DNA of 32,000 nt, taken from contig CAVRAI010000007.1 of assembly GCA_963718915.1 (NCBI GenBank), positions 300,001 through 332,000 on the forward strand, read 5' to 3'. The notes under the pieces are model-generated. The model searched no databases, had not been told where the DNA came from, and saw nothing but the letters and a program-made list of their open reading frames with translations. The stretch is from an uncultured Chloroflexia bacterium. GTDB lineage: Bacteria > Chloroflexota > Ktedonobacteria > Ktedonobacterales > JADMIN01. Below are positions 1-8,423 of the stretch, piece after piece. Both the position numbers and the translations under genes were made by a program. Every line of letters starts with the position of its first letter. Position 1 is the first letter of the stretch.

Positions 1-1218
1 GCCGGTGTTGAGATACTTTGCCACCAGCCGCAGCGTCGCGCCAAAATCGCCGCCACCCACCAGCGTTATCGGCGAGCCGCAGGGATGCGAGACCTCCAGC
101 AGCGGCGGAACCGTCGTCGCCGCTTTGTTATCGGCGAAGCAGTTGTTGGCGCCGCTGGGCGAGGAGAGCGCCAGATCGGCCACGCCAGAGCTGGTCACCG
201 TGTTGCCCCTGACGACATTGCCTGAGGCTAGCCAGAAGTTCTGGTCGATGTTGCCCAGCACGAGGATGCCGTACTCGCTGTTATTGGCGACACGGTTGTT
301 GGCGATGTAGTTCAGGTCGCCGCCGGGCACGAGAATGCCGTCGCCCAGCGGGATATGCGACCAGAGGTTGTAGGGCGCCTTCTCGTTGCCGTTATCATGC
401 ACATAGTTGCCGATAACCGAGGTACCGCGCTCTGGCGGGCCTTTCTCGCTATCGAGCGTATTGGGCACGATGCCCGCGCTGTTGTGCGCCCACTCAGAGT
501 CCTGGATGATCAGATTGCCGCCCGCGTTGGTGCCCGAATAGCCCAGGCCGTTCCACTCCGAGACCACGTCGGTGATGAGTGCGTCGCAGGGATAGCACTG
601 GCCGATGTAGAAACCGGAATCCGGGCTGCCAGAGGCGTAGGAGCGGTCGAACTCGCCACGCTTCGAGCCAAAGGCGTAGATGCCATAGTCGCCGTTGTCG
701 TAGGCCGTCAGATAGCTGCCACGGTAGCCGGTCTGGTCTGTCCAGTAGAAGCCGTTGCCCACATAGTGATGGGCGGTCATGTTCTCGATGATGACATTAT
801 CTGCCTGCACCGTGAAGCCATTGGTGAGCTTCGATTGGCCATCAAGGATCGTTTGATTGCGGTCCTCGCCGCGAATAGTCAGGTCGGATGTGCAGACCTT
901 GACGGCCTCGTGGTAGGTTCCCGGCGCGACAAGGATGAGATCGCCCGGCTGCGCGGCGTTCACGGCGTCCTGGATGGTCGGTTTATCGGCGGGGACGTGA
1001 ATCACGTGGGCGAACTGCGATGGCGGCCCGAGCAGCGAGCTGCGCAACTGCGAGCCAGCGGGACAGAGCGCGTTGGCCGCCGGAGGGCGCTGGGCGCTTG
1101 CCTGCGCGGTAGGCGTCTGCCCGGCAAGCGCGAGTAGCGGAAGGGCTAGGAGCACGGCGAGCAGCGCGGGAAATGTAAGGGCCGCGAGCGCTGGACGGCG
1201 AGAACGAGGTTGTGGCAT
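1..1218 (-). CDS. Secreted right-handed parallel beta-helix repeat protein (NosD/CASH-like); C-terminus cut by the window edge
   Basis: Absent from the ORF track because it runs off the left edge. Reverse-strand ATG at 1218-1216, open in frame to base 1 (406 codons). My translation starts MPQPRSRRPALAALTFPALLAVLLALPLLALAGQTPTAQA (RR-containing signal peptide). Beta-helix-like turns follow (NVIIENMTAHHY, GNLIIQDSEWAHNSAGI, TSVIGNYVHDNGN, LNYIANNRVANNSEYGILV, GNVVRGNTVTSSG). Plus-strand ORFs 5..310 and 355..1137 are antisense shadows. Confidence 0.8.
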   Translation of the reverse strand, partial: MPQPRSRRPALAALTFPALLAVLLALPLLALAGQTPTAQASAQRPPAANALCPAGSQLRSSLLGPPSQFAHVIHVPADKPTIQDAVNAAQPGDLILVAPGTYHEAVKVCTSDLTIRGEDRNQTILDGQSKLTNGFTVQADNVIIENMTAHHYVGNGFYWTDQTGYRGSYLTAYDNGDYGIYAFGSKRGEFDRSYASGSPDSGFYIGQCYPCDALITDVVSEWNGLGYSGTNAGGNLIIQDSEWAHNSAGIVPNTLDSEKGPPERGTSVIGNYVHDNGNEKAPYNLWSHIPLGDGILVPGGDLNYIANNRVANNSEYGILVLGNIDQNFWLASGNVVRGNTVTSSGVADLALSSPSGANNCFADNKAATTVPPLLEVSHPCGSPITLVGGGDFGATLRLVAKYLNTG

Positions 1219-1281
1219 GACGGCTCCCTCGATGAGCGGTAGGTGAGCGCACTACGCTGGGTGACTCATTACACGACAAGT

Positions 1282-1671
1282 CTATGATACGGTGACGACA
1301 ACCTCCATGCCTGGGTGAATGATGCAGACTACATGGTAGGTACCTGCCGTCGGGAAGACGATATTCTTGCTATCGCCAGTCTGAAATGGTAATCCCTGAT
1401 CGGTATTGAGATCGGCGGGCGCGCCAGTCTGCGGCACGCATTTTACCCCCGCGCCCACACAAATGATGTGCGTGCCACCGCTTGCCGGATCGACGAAATG
1501 GACGGCCTGCCCAGCCTTGATCGAAACACTGGTCTGCTGGAACGCGGCGACCCCCATATCCACTTCGTTGGATGGAGTGCTACCACATCCCGCCAGCAGC
1601 AGCGTCAGCGTCAGCAGCGCCACCACCAGGACACCGCCGCTGGCGAGGCTCAGGCGCTTGCCCACACGCAT
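1282..1671 (-). CDS. Cupredoxin (plastocyanin/azurin-family type-1 copper) lipoprotein
   Basis: 129 aa. Signal peptide with lipobox LLLAGC. C-terminal YHVVCIIHPGMEVVV matches the type-1 Cu ligand pattern C-x2-H-x2-M, with an upstream His in GGTHIICVG. SD AAGGAAG lies 4 nt before the ATG. Ends 63 nt upstream of the beta-helix gene on the same strand. Confidence 0.85.
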   Translation of the reverse strand: MRVGKRLSLASGGVLVVALLTLTLLLAGCGSTPSNEVDMGVAAFQQTSVSIKAGQAVHFVDPASGGTHIICVGAGVKCVPQTGAPADLNTDQGLPFQTGDSKNIVFPTAGTYHVVCIIHPGMEVVVTVS

Positions 1672-1710
1672 AGGTCTTCCTTACTTGCTATCTCACGGTA
1701 GGGATATCTC

Positions 1711-1742
1711 ATCGCCCGCCATCGCCCGCCATCGCCCGCCAT
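1711..1742. repeat. Intergenic tandem repeat (ATCGCCCGCC) x3.2, 10-bp unit
   Basis: Three perfect copies at 1711-1720, 1721-1730 and 1731-1740, then AT. Sits 40 nt upstream of the cupredoxin start, in the divergent region shared with the PLD gene. Confidence 0.95.
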
Positions 1743-1924
1743 AGCCAGGCAGCGGGCGAGTAATGCGATGTACCGTGAAGGTTCGGTACGACTGGACACG
1801 AGTATAGCGGAGCTTGTGTATGCTGTCCACCCCTTGTCTGGAGCGCGACGGAGCCATCTTCGCGGGAGCATGTAGGGCTGTGGGTAGCTGGTACTGGCTC
1901 AACTGGCCCACTTGTCTAACTTCG

Positions 1925-1953
1925 TTGACGGGCAACCAGTAATGTTCTACCAT
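1925..1953 (+). promoter_or_regulatory. Candidate sigma70-type promoter for the PLD gene
   Basis: TTGACG (1925-1930), 17-nt spacer, TACCAT (1948-1953). About 55 nt upstream of the 2007 start. Confidence 0.3.
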
Positions 1954-2006
1954 CGGCAAAGCGGTTGCTGAGAGCAAGCAATGACCAAAAATGAGGTGAG
2001 ATTCCC

Positions 2007-3392
2007 ATGGTCGAATCCGGCATGGTCTATCAGATAACTGTAGATGGCACAACGCTCGCGCTCGAAGGCATTCGAGCCTATTTTCAATCGCACCGCGCCG
2101 GGCTGGATGCTCATCTGGTGGCTCGGCTCACCACCTTCCTGGATGATGCTCACGACTCGATTGACTGTGCGATCTACGATCTGCGCCATCCACAGATCCT
2201 TGAGGCGCTGGCGCGTGCGGTTGCGCGCGGCGTGCACGTGCGGATTGCCTACGACGCGGGCAAGGAGCATTCCGGCGGCATGAGCGCCGACCCCCGGCCC
2301 AGCGGTACCGAGGCCGCACTGGCCAACGCGGGGCTGCTGCCACACGCCACCGCGGTCCACGAGCGCGGGCGTCACCTGATGCACGATAAGTTTGTGGTGC
2401 GGGATGAGCGCGATGTCTGGGTTGGCTCGGCCAACTTCACCGTCGGTGGCCTGGAGCTTCAGGATAACACCTGCCTGACGATCTCGTCGCGCGACCTCGT
2501 GGCCCATTTCGCGACGACATTCGCGGCGTTGCTCCAGCCACAGCACCGGCACACGCGCTCAGCCACGGCGCTTACCACCGCCGACTCATCGGGAGTGATG
2601 GTTGGCTCGACCAGCATCGCGCCGTTCTTTGCGCCCGCCGCTGGTGAATCCATCGAGCAGGAGCTTATCAACGCCATTCGAGGCGCGAAGAAGATTCGCC
2701 TGATGGCCTTCCTGCTGAGCGATCCTGGCATCCTTGAGGCGCTGGCGCCGCTGGCGCAACAGCCACAGTTCGACATCCGCGGCGTCTACGACCCGCATGG
2801 CATGGAGGATGTGTTGCGCTATACCACCCAGGATCGCGCGCTCTTCTGGTTTATGCGCGATCCACGGTTCGTCGCCGCGCCCTCACACGCTTTCTCGGCG
2901 CAGCACGAGCAAGACTTCATGCACAACAAGACACTGATTCTGGATGATCGGCTGGTCTTCACGGGGAGCTACAACTTCTCGGAGAACGCCGAGGCCAACG
3001 ATGAGGTGGTGCTCAAGATCGTCTCTGAGCCACTGGCGGCAGCCTATACCCACTACACCGATGTGCTCTTCTCGACGTATGGCGGGGTCACCGAGGCGCC
3101 TCAGACCCGCAGACGCCTGAGTGGCGGGCCGCGTGTGAGTGGCGGCCCGCGTGTGAGTGTCAACACGGCGCCGCGGATGCCAGCGATCACCGCGCCGCGG
3201 ATGCCAGCGATCACTGCGCCGCCTGTTGTCGCTTCCCCAGCGCTTGTGACACAGGAGGCTCCCACCAGCAAGCCACGACGAAAGGCCAGGCGGAAGCTGG
3301 ATATCCTCATCTTCGTGATACGCCTGAAGATCGTGGCGGTCGTCATCGCGATTATCGTGTATCTGGTGCTTTCCGGCATCCTGCATTTCTAA
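2007..3392 (+). CDS. Phospholipase D superfamily protein (two HKD motifs) with repeat-rich linker and C-terminal TM anchor
   Basis: 461 aa. HKD motif 1 is HDKFVVRDERDVWVGSANFT; HKD motif 2 is HNKTLILDDRLVFTGSYNFSENAE. SD GAGGTG lies 8 nt before the ATG. No N-terminal signal peptide. C-terminal basic stretch KPRRKARRK followed by hydrophobic helix LDILIFVIRLKIVAVVIAIIVYLVLSGIL. Confidence 0.85.
   Translation: MVESGMVYQITVDGTTLALEGIRAYFQSHRAGLDAHLVARLTTFLDDAHDSIDCAIYDLRHPQILEALARAVARGVHVRIAYDAGKEHSGGMSADPRPSGTEAALANAGLLPHATAVHERGRHLMHDKFVVRDERDVWVGSANFTVGGLELQDNTCLTISSRDLVAHFATTFAALLQPQHRHTRSATALTTADSSGVMVGSTSIAPFFAPAAGESIEQELINAIRGAKKIRLMAFLLSDPGILEALAPLAQQPQFDIRGVYDPHGMEDVLRYTTQDRALFWFMRDPRFVAAPSHAFSAQHEQDFMHNKTLILDDRLVFTGSYNFSENAEANDEVVLKIVSEPLAAAYTHYTDVLFSTYGGVTEAPQTRRRLSGGPRVSGGPRVSVNTAPRMPAITAPRMPAITAPPVVASPALVTQEAPTSKPRRKARRKLDILIFVIRLKIVAVVIAIIVYLVLSGILHF
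3120..3223 (+). repeat. In-frame tandem duplications inside the PLD linker (18-bp x2 and 24-bp x2.3)
   Basis: AGTGGCGGGCCGCGTGTG (3120-3137) / AGTGGCGGCCCGCGTGTG (3138-3155) encode SGGPRV x2. GCGCCGCGGATGCCAGCGATCAC(C/T) at 3168-3191 and 3192-3215, plus a partial copy, encode APRMPAIT x2. Confidence 0.95.
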
Positions 3393-3421
3393 CCAGAAAC
3401 ATCTGATAATGGACACTGCCT

Positions 3422-3466
3422 TCGGCGCATCTGGCGTGTCTGGCGCATCTGGCGTGTCTGGCGTGT
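3422..3466. repeat. Intergenic tandem repeat, 9-bp unit CTGGCG(TG/CA)T x5
   Basis: tcggcgcat ctggcgtgt ctggcgcat ctggcgtgt ctggcgtgt. Starts 30 nt after the PLD stop codon. Confidence 0.95.
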
Positions 3467-3501
3467 GCGATAGCAACTGAACAACACGCTGGGGAATCTC
3501 A

Positions 3502-3523
3502 GGGGAAACGCCTCTGGTTCCCC
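3502..3523 (+). terminator. Possible terminator hairpin after the PLD gene
   Basis: GGGGAA (3502-3507) pairs with TTCCCC (3518-3523), followed by GGTTTCTCC. Short stem, large loop, weak U tract. Confidence 0.3.
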
Positions 3524-3596
3524 GGTTTCTCCTGTCATCGCTCATATCCCACAATCTCAAACGACCGCCAAACGGCCTATCGCGACGCGACAATCA

Positions 3597-3625
3597 TTGA
3601 CAGATTCGGCGCTTGCCGCTATGCT
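3597..3625 (+). promoter_or_regulatory. Candidate sigma70-type promoter for the C39-like gene
   Basis: Consensus -35 TTGACA (3597-3602), exactly 17-nt spacer, TATGCT (3620-3625). Implies a roughly 120-nt leader before the 3751 ATG. Confidence 0.45.
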
Positions 3626-3750
3626 GCGTCATGCAACCTGTCACGTATTGACGTTGCGTGAAAGCGCGATGCGTGACCCTCTATATCACGGTATCGGCTT
3701 CGGCTGCGAGAGAAGCGTCTCAAACGACGCCTGGCGAAAAGGAATGAGAC

Positions 3751-5541
3751 ATGGTGCGGCGCGGCCGGAGGATGTGGGCTGGGAAACACGCAGATCCTCA
3801 TACGGCGTCGCATAGGTTCGCACTGGCATTGTTCTGCGCGTTCGCGCTGGCCTTCAGTGCGGGATCGCTGCTGTGGAGCCTGCCAGTCAGCGCGGCGGCG
3901 ACCCATGCCACCTTCTACGGCGTCTCTGACAGCCGTGTGCTCGCCAACTCTCTTGTCGATACGCCTACCTCTACCGACACGCCCGCGCCAACGCCGACCA
4001 ATACGCCCGCGCCAACGGCTACGAACACACCCGCCGCGACGGCGACCCCGAACAATCCCTATGCGCTCAATGTGAGCGGCGCGGCGTCCGCGGCTGCATG
4101 GCCGCAGAAGTATAGCAACTGGTGCGGTATTGCTACCGTTGCCCTCGTCGCCAACTACCTCGGCAACCCCATCTCGCAGTCGGCGATTTACAACATGCTC
4201 AACAATCAGCAGAACGAGAGTATGTGGGGCTACCCATTGCCATCTTCATCGTACTGGGGGCCATATATTGCCGCGGATATCTCGGGTGACTTTGGCACCG
4301 ACCCGCGCTCGCTGGCTGAGGGTATGACCCTGGCCACAGGTCGGCTCTATCACGTCAAAGTGGGCCTCAGCGGCGCCTGGGATACCACCATCCATATCGT
4401 CGACGATCTGCTGGCGAGCAGACAGCCCATCAGCATCATCGTAGATCATGGCATGCATTCGGTAATTGTATCCGGTGTGGAGGCGACGGGCGACCCTGTC
4501 GCAAACCCCAACAGCATCACCGCGATTCACGTCTGGGATCCGGGCGGCGGGGTGAACAATGTTGGCATCCAGCCTGCTATGGAGGTTGTTGTTCCAATCA
4601 GTCAATGGCTGTCGGGAACGATCTCCTGGAGCGGTTCGTCCTATTTCAAATTTCCCTATGCCGCGAATGTCTACCAGGGTAAGGCGCTCGACCCTGACCC
4701 GGCGGTCGGGCCATATGCCTATGTCTCGTCACAAGTCAATCACCTGTGGATCGGCCACTATGTCTACATCTCACCGCTGGCGTCCAGCGACTCGGCGAAT
4801 CTCAGCTCTGACTGGGAGTTGAATCAGAGTGGTACGTTGATCGCGGGACTGCCAGGCGGAACATGGCCCAATCTCCCCGATGGCTATACCGGCGCCTCGG
4901 TACCAATGCCGACCAATCCGCCGCCACCACCGCCGCCCGTGAAGCCGCCCGTGATCGCACCAAAGAAGGCTGCGCTGCCACCACCACGGCCAAGGCCAAC
5001 GCCACGAGCAACGGCAACCTCGACTGCCCTGCCCACGGCGACATCGTTGCCTACCGCCGCGCCAACCGCGACTGACGCCCCCGCGGCAGTATGCGCGCCT
5101 CTTGACTGCGCGCTGTCGGCGGTGCAGCGAGACTCAGGCCTGCTCATGGTCTCACTGCTGCTCTTGCTGCTGACGGCCATGTGGTTCCCCACGGCCATTC
5201 TCGTAGCGCGTGTCCGCGCGACCCGCATGCAGTGGTCGAAGGAAGAGATGCTCCAGGCGCTGGCGGCAAGCGATCTGGCGGCAAGCGATGCGCCGACGCT
5301 GGAGGATATGCTGGCGACTGACACGCCGTCCGGTAATTTTGATGTCAAGACGCTCGAAGCTCTAATGGCAGGTGAAGGCGGTATATCACCTGATGGATTC
5401 GCTGATTTCGACGTAGCGGATGCTACGCCTGCCGCAGCGACTCACGACGTGCCCAATATGCCCAATGTGCCCGACGTGCCTGACGTCCCAACCACCAGCG
5501 AGGCTCCGAACGACACGGATGCCGCGACGTTCGATGGATAG
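3751..5541 (+). CDS. Membrane-anchored exported protein with papain-like (peptidase C39-like) domain, Pro-rich stalk, TM helix and acidic cytoplasmic tail
   Basis: 596 aa. SD AAGGA lies 7 nt before the ATG. Signal peptide ends ..LPVSAAA, then a TP-rich linker. KYSNWCGIATVALVANYLG (Cys125, nt 4123-4125), DHGMHSVIVSG (His236) and HVWDPG fit a Cys/His/Asp papain-like layout as in C39-like domains. PPPPPPPVKPPVIAPKK stalk. TM helix LLMVSLLLLLLTAMWFPTAILVA. Asp/Glu-rich tail. The domain call is tentative. Confidence 0.75.
   Translation: MVRRGRRMWAGKHADPHTASHRFALALFCAFALAFSAGSLLWSLPVSAAATHATFYGVSDSRVLANSLVDTPTSTDTPAPTPTNTPAPTATNTPAATATPNNPYALNVSGAASAAAWPQKYSNWCGIATVALVANYLGNPISQSAIYNMLNNQQNESMWGYPLPSSSYWGPYIAADISGDFGTDPRSLAEGMTLATGRLYHVKVGLSGAWDTTIHIVDDLLASRQPISIIVDHGMHSVIVSGVEATGDPVANPNSITAIHVWDPGGGVNNVGIQPAMEVVVPISQWLSGTISWSGSSYFKFPYAANVYQGKALDPDPAVGPYAYVSSQVNHLWIGHYVYISPLASSDSANLSSDWELNQSGTLIAGLPGGTWPNLPDGYTGASVPMPTNPPPPPPPVKPPVIAPKKAALPPPRPRPTPRATATSTALPTATSLPTAAPTATDAPAAVCAPLDCALSAVQRDSGLLMVSLLLLLLTAMWFPTAILVARVRATRMQWSKEEMLQALAASDLAASDAPTLEDMLATDTPSGNFDVKTLEALMAGEGGISPDGFADFDVADATPAAATHDVPNMPNVPDVPDVPTTSEAPNDTDAATFDG
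5446..5490 (+). repeat. Coding 9-bp tandem repeat x5
   Basis: gacgtgccc aatatgccc aatgtgccc gacgtgcct gacgtccca, encoding (D/N)(V/M)P x5 in the cytoplasmic tail. Confidence 0.9.
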
Positions 5542-5559
5542 CGCCATTCGCCGCGAGTG

Positions 5560-5594
5560 GGTGAGACGCCGACCAGGAACACCAGCGCCTCACC
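5560..5594. terminator. Possible bidirectional hairpin between convergent genes
   Basis: GGTGAGaCGC (5560-5569) pairs with GCGcCTCACC (5585-5594), followed by GCTTTCG. Lies in the 77-nt gap between stops at 5541(+) and 5619(-). Confidence 0.25.
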
Positions 5595-5618
5595 GCTTTC
5601 GTAGGCCCTCATCCGCGC

Positions 5619-8159
5619 TCAGGAACCTACTTGTATCGCGATCTGTAACGTTGGCACAGTTGCCTGCGCGACAGGTAGTGTGGCCGTCTGAGCGCTGAGG
5701 CTGCTTCCTGCCTGCACGGCCAGGTTCGCTCCCGCCGCGACATAGCTGTATCCATCGGTCGCGGTCGCCTGGGCGACGAATCCCGTGGGCCAGATGATGC
5801 GTTCTCTGGCAGGCTGCCAGCTTACCAGCAGCAGGCTCACAACACTGGTTGCGCCACTCCACGAGACGCCGTTGAACTGCGCCGAGGTTACGTGGCCGTG
5901 GCCCCCGTTGTCATTCGTGGCGAGGGCGCTCACCGCCAGGATGGGGCTGGCCGACGCGCCACGATAGGCGAGGACAATACCACCGCCATCCGCGTAGGAA
6001 GCCGCTCGGAGGGTGACCGTCGCGCCTGAGTCGGCGTTTGTGGCGATCTTCCACCACCAGTTCAACCCCTGCCTGTCAGGATGCCCCCCTCCGGCTCCTG
6101 CTGTCCAACCGGTAGGGGTGGTCCAGCTTGCCGGAGACCCATTCGAGCCTGCCGCCGCAATCAGCAGATCGCCTGCCTGCACGCCGGGAATCTTGATGCT
6201 GACGCCCGCGCTAAAGTTGCCCTTGGCCGTTGAGCTGCCGGTCAGCGTCATGCCAGTTGTGGGCGTAACCCCTGTCCCTGATAGCGGGACACTCTGCGGG
6301 CTGCCACCTGCGTTGTCGCTGATGCTCACCGCCGCGCTACGCGAACCTGCGACGGTGGGTGAAAACGTGACACTTATGGCGCAGGTGGCCCCAGACGCCA
6401 GGGTATTCGGGCTGATTGGGCAGTTAGCCGACTCGGCAAAATCAGCCGCGTTTGCCCCGCCCAGCGCAATACTACTGATGGTTAGCGACGCGGCGCCGCT
6501 ATTGGTCAGCGTGATCGACTGCGCCGCGCTCGTCGTTCCGACATTCTGGCTGCCGAAGCTGGCAGTGGTGGGGCTGAGTGTCACACCTGGGGCTGACGTT
6601 ACTCCCACGCCTGTCAGTGACAGGCTCTGCGGACTGTCGCTCGCGCTGTCGGTGATGCTCACTGTCCCGCTACGAGTTCCCGAAGCTGATGGCGTGAACG
6701 TGACACGTATCGTGCAGGAACCATGAGCGGCCAGCGTGCTGGGCGTCAGGGGGCAGGTCGTCGTCTCGGCAAAGTCGGCGGCATTCGTGCCGCTCACCGC
6801 GAGGCCGTTGATCGTCAAAGCGGCGTTACCCGAGTTGGTGAGAGTGACTGTCTGCGCGGCGCTGCTCGTCCCGACGTTCTGGCTGCCGAAATTGAGACTC
6901 GTCGGCGAGAGTGAGACGGCAGGCGCTAAGGAGGGCGCGTAGATGTTGGCAATGGACCACTGTTCCCAAATGCGCTGATACTGCTCGAATCCGTTCAATT
7001 GACCGCTGGGGGCCTGGTAGGTGGGATGGATGCAATCAGACGAAATCCAACTGTGATTCTGAGAGAACGGCGTCCACAGATCCGGGCCGCGAATGGCGCT
7101 GGGTCGATCAGTGGCGAGATGCGCATTCACGAAGGTATTCAACGCCTGGGCGTTCTGGCCCAGATCGCCATTGCAGCCCCACGGCACATATGGCACGATG
7201 GCAATCTTCCCGGCGCTCTGCGCGGCATCAATCATCGCGAGCATGTTCGCGTAGTAGGTCTGAATCTGGCTCGTCGAGAGCACATATGGCTCGTTGGCAT
7301 CGTTCGTGCCGAATGCCAGACTTACGTATTTGCCCGTAAAGCCACTCATCAGCGCGGCGATATTCTGCGCGCCATCGTCACTCGTCCAGCCGCCCATGCC
7401 GCCATCGATCTGCAGCGGATAGTAGGATGCGTCGGCGCTATGTACAAGCTGCGCGTAATCCCCACTCGTCCAGGGGCCACCGGCGACATTCGCCTGCGTC
7501 ATGCCTTCCTCAGTGATACTATCACCCAGGAAAAGCCAGTCATCCTGATCGCCCGCGCTCGCGTCATAGAGATCGAGATTGAACGCGGCGCTGGTGTTGC
7601 CGCTGGAGCCTTTGCTCCCCGTCACCGTCATACGCACCCAGTTATCACCGGAAAGATTGACGACATGCTCGCGCGCATTGCGTGTGTTGCCAGTCACAGT
7701 GAGCAGCGTAACCCATCCTGCGCTGGGCGGTGCGCCAGCGCCACCGGCTGCCGCATTGGCGTCAATCGTATAGTTCGACGGCAGGTTGTAGAAGATGTTA
7801 TCGGCGCCGGGCAAATACTCTCCCGAATCGTTAAACCAGGCCAGGATGACTTGCTGCCGTTTTGCCACAGGCACGGTCGAGAGATCCAGGGCAACCCAGA
7901 TGGGATGCGCGCTGCTGGGCGTATCCACGCTGTCCCAGACTGTGCCGTAATTCGTGTCGTTGGCCAGCGATGGATCATAGGCGTTGGGGTCGTTGGTGTA
8001 GGCGGGGAGATTGGCGGAGATCAGCGAGAGTGGCGTTAGGGCGGGCGAGGAGGCTGCATGCGCCTCGCGTGGTTGCCACCATGGTAGCGCGACGCATACG
8101 AGCGCCGCCAGCACAAGGAGGATGCCCCATTGGCGCACTGGATGCCGTCGCGTCGTCAT
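5619..8159 (-). CDS. Secreted multidomain hydrolase: discoidin-like domain, SGNH/GDSL esterase domain, two tandem Ig-like (choice-of-anchor-D-like) domains, unknown C-terminal domain
   Basis: The ORF extends to 8300, but I prefer the ATG at 8159 (MTTRRHPVRQWGILLVLAALVCVALP..AHAASS signal peptide; AGAAAGG upstream). SGNH block I is LFLGDSITEEG; the GTNDA block and block V DCIHPT are present. Repeats resemble ..FGSQNVGT(S/T)SAAQ..TLTNSG...NAADFAE...C.. The C-terminal 210 aa are unassigned. Confidence 0.85.
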   Translation of the reverse strand: MTTRRHPVRQWGILLVLAALVCVALPWWQPREAHAASSPALTPLSLISANLPAYTNDPNAYDPSLANDTNYGTVWDSVDTPSSAHPIWVALDLSTVPVAKRQQVILAWFNDSGEYLPGADNIFYNLPSNYTIDANAAAGGAGAPPSAGWVTLLTVTGNTRNAREHVVNLSGDNWVRMTVTGSKGSSGNTSAAFNLDLYDASAGDQDDWLFLGDSITEEGMTQANVAGGPWTSGDYAQLVHSADASYYPLQIDGGMGGWTSDDGAQNIAALMSGFTGKYVSLAFGTNDANEPYVLSTSQIQTYYANMLAMIDAAQSAGKIAIVPYVPWGCNGDLGQNAQALNTFVNAHLATDRPSAIRGPDLWTPFSQNHSWISSDCIHPTYQAPSGQLNGFEQYQRIWEQWSIANIYAPSLAPAVSLSPTSLNFGSQNVGTSSAAQTVTLTNSGNAALTINGLAVSGTNAADFAETTTCPLTPSTLAAHGSCTIRVTFTPSASGTRSGTVSITDSASDSPQSLSLTGVGVTSAPGVTLSPTTASFGSQNVGTTSAAQSITLTNSGAASLTISSIALGGANAADFAESANCPISPNTLASGATCAISVTFSPTVAGSRSAAVSISDNAGGSPQSVPLSGTGVTPTTGMTLTGSSTAKGNFSAGVSIKIPGVQAGDLLIAAAGSNGSPASWTTPTGWTAGAGGGHPDRQGLNWWWKIATNADSGATVTLRAASYADGGGIVLAYRGASASPILAVSALATNDNGGHGHVTSAQFNGVSWSGATSVVSLLLVSWQPARERIIWPTGFVAQATATDGYSYVAAGANLAVQAGSSLSAQTATLPVAQATVPTLQIAIQVGS
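6258..6926 (-). repeat. Tandem duplication of a roughly 111-aa Ig-like domain within the hydrolase gene
   Basis: Copy 1 is residues 459-569 of the 893-aa ORF (nt 6594-6926); copy 2 is residues 570-681 (nt 6258-6593). By eye well over half the positions are identical. This also produces the repetitive antisense ORFs 6013..6726 and 6736..6942. Confidence 0.85.
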
Positions 8160-8423
8160 GGCAGAGGGAACCTTTCTATTCTCAGGGTCAGGGGTTGAGG
8201 TGATAGGGTCAGGACATGTTTGTCGAGACGGATTGCATCGGGTTTGCGAGGATTGCCGCAGTGCCGTCAGAGACAAGTGGGAATGCGGTGATCGAGACAC
8301 GTCGCACGCAGCGATCTGGATGGCGATGTCCCGTTTTTAAGAAGCGGTACGCGAGATTCTCTTGTGGTATGGCGCTCGCTCGTCCCCGCCCATCATCCCC
8401 TCACCACGTGCAAGCATGCAATG

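Noticed and set aside
355-1137. Long ORFs antisense to real genes. Examples: 355..1137(+), 6999..8039(+), 12005..12895(+), 15079..15810(+), 21777..22991(+), 4884..5348(-), 19890..20381(-).
   Set aside because: Their translations are Arg/Ala/Gly/Pro-rich low-complexity strings typical of high-GC shadow frames. Each is fully covered by an opposite-strand gene with clear family motifs.
2009-2018. GGTCGAATCC, which resembles a tRNA T-arm.
   Set aside because: It lies at the PLD start codon (ATGGTCGAATCC). No acceptor, D or anticodon stems can be drawn around it. I saw no tRNA, rRNA, tmRNA, RNase P or SRP signatures elsewhere.
2007-3392. The two PLD-superfamily proteins (2007-3392 and 18464-20401) as nuclease effectors of a phage-defence system.
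   Set aside because: No helicase, ATPase, methyltransferase or other defence-type partner is adjacent. One PLD is membrane-tethered and the other is paired with a PAP2 lipid phosphatase, which favours lipid metabolism. This cannot be excluded without profile searches.
3595-3606. Identical 12-mer CATTGACAGATT at two candidate promoters (3595-3606 and 31459-31470), which might be a shared regulatory box.
   Set aside because: A 32-kb window has about 5e8 position pairs against 1.7e7 possible 12-mers, so tens of chance 12-mer matches are expected. Six of the 12 bases are just the -35 consensus.
3632-3750. Leader of the C39-like gene with GNRA (GCGT-GAAA-GCGC) and UUCG (CGGC-TTCG-GCTG, 3695-3706) tetraloop hairpins, as a possible riboswitch. 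The overlapping alternative hairpins at 26520-26543 were considered as a possible attenuator.
   Set aside because: Short GC-rich stems arise easily by chance in this composition, and I recognise no known riboswitch consensus. Worth an Rfam scan only.
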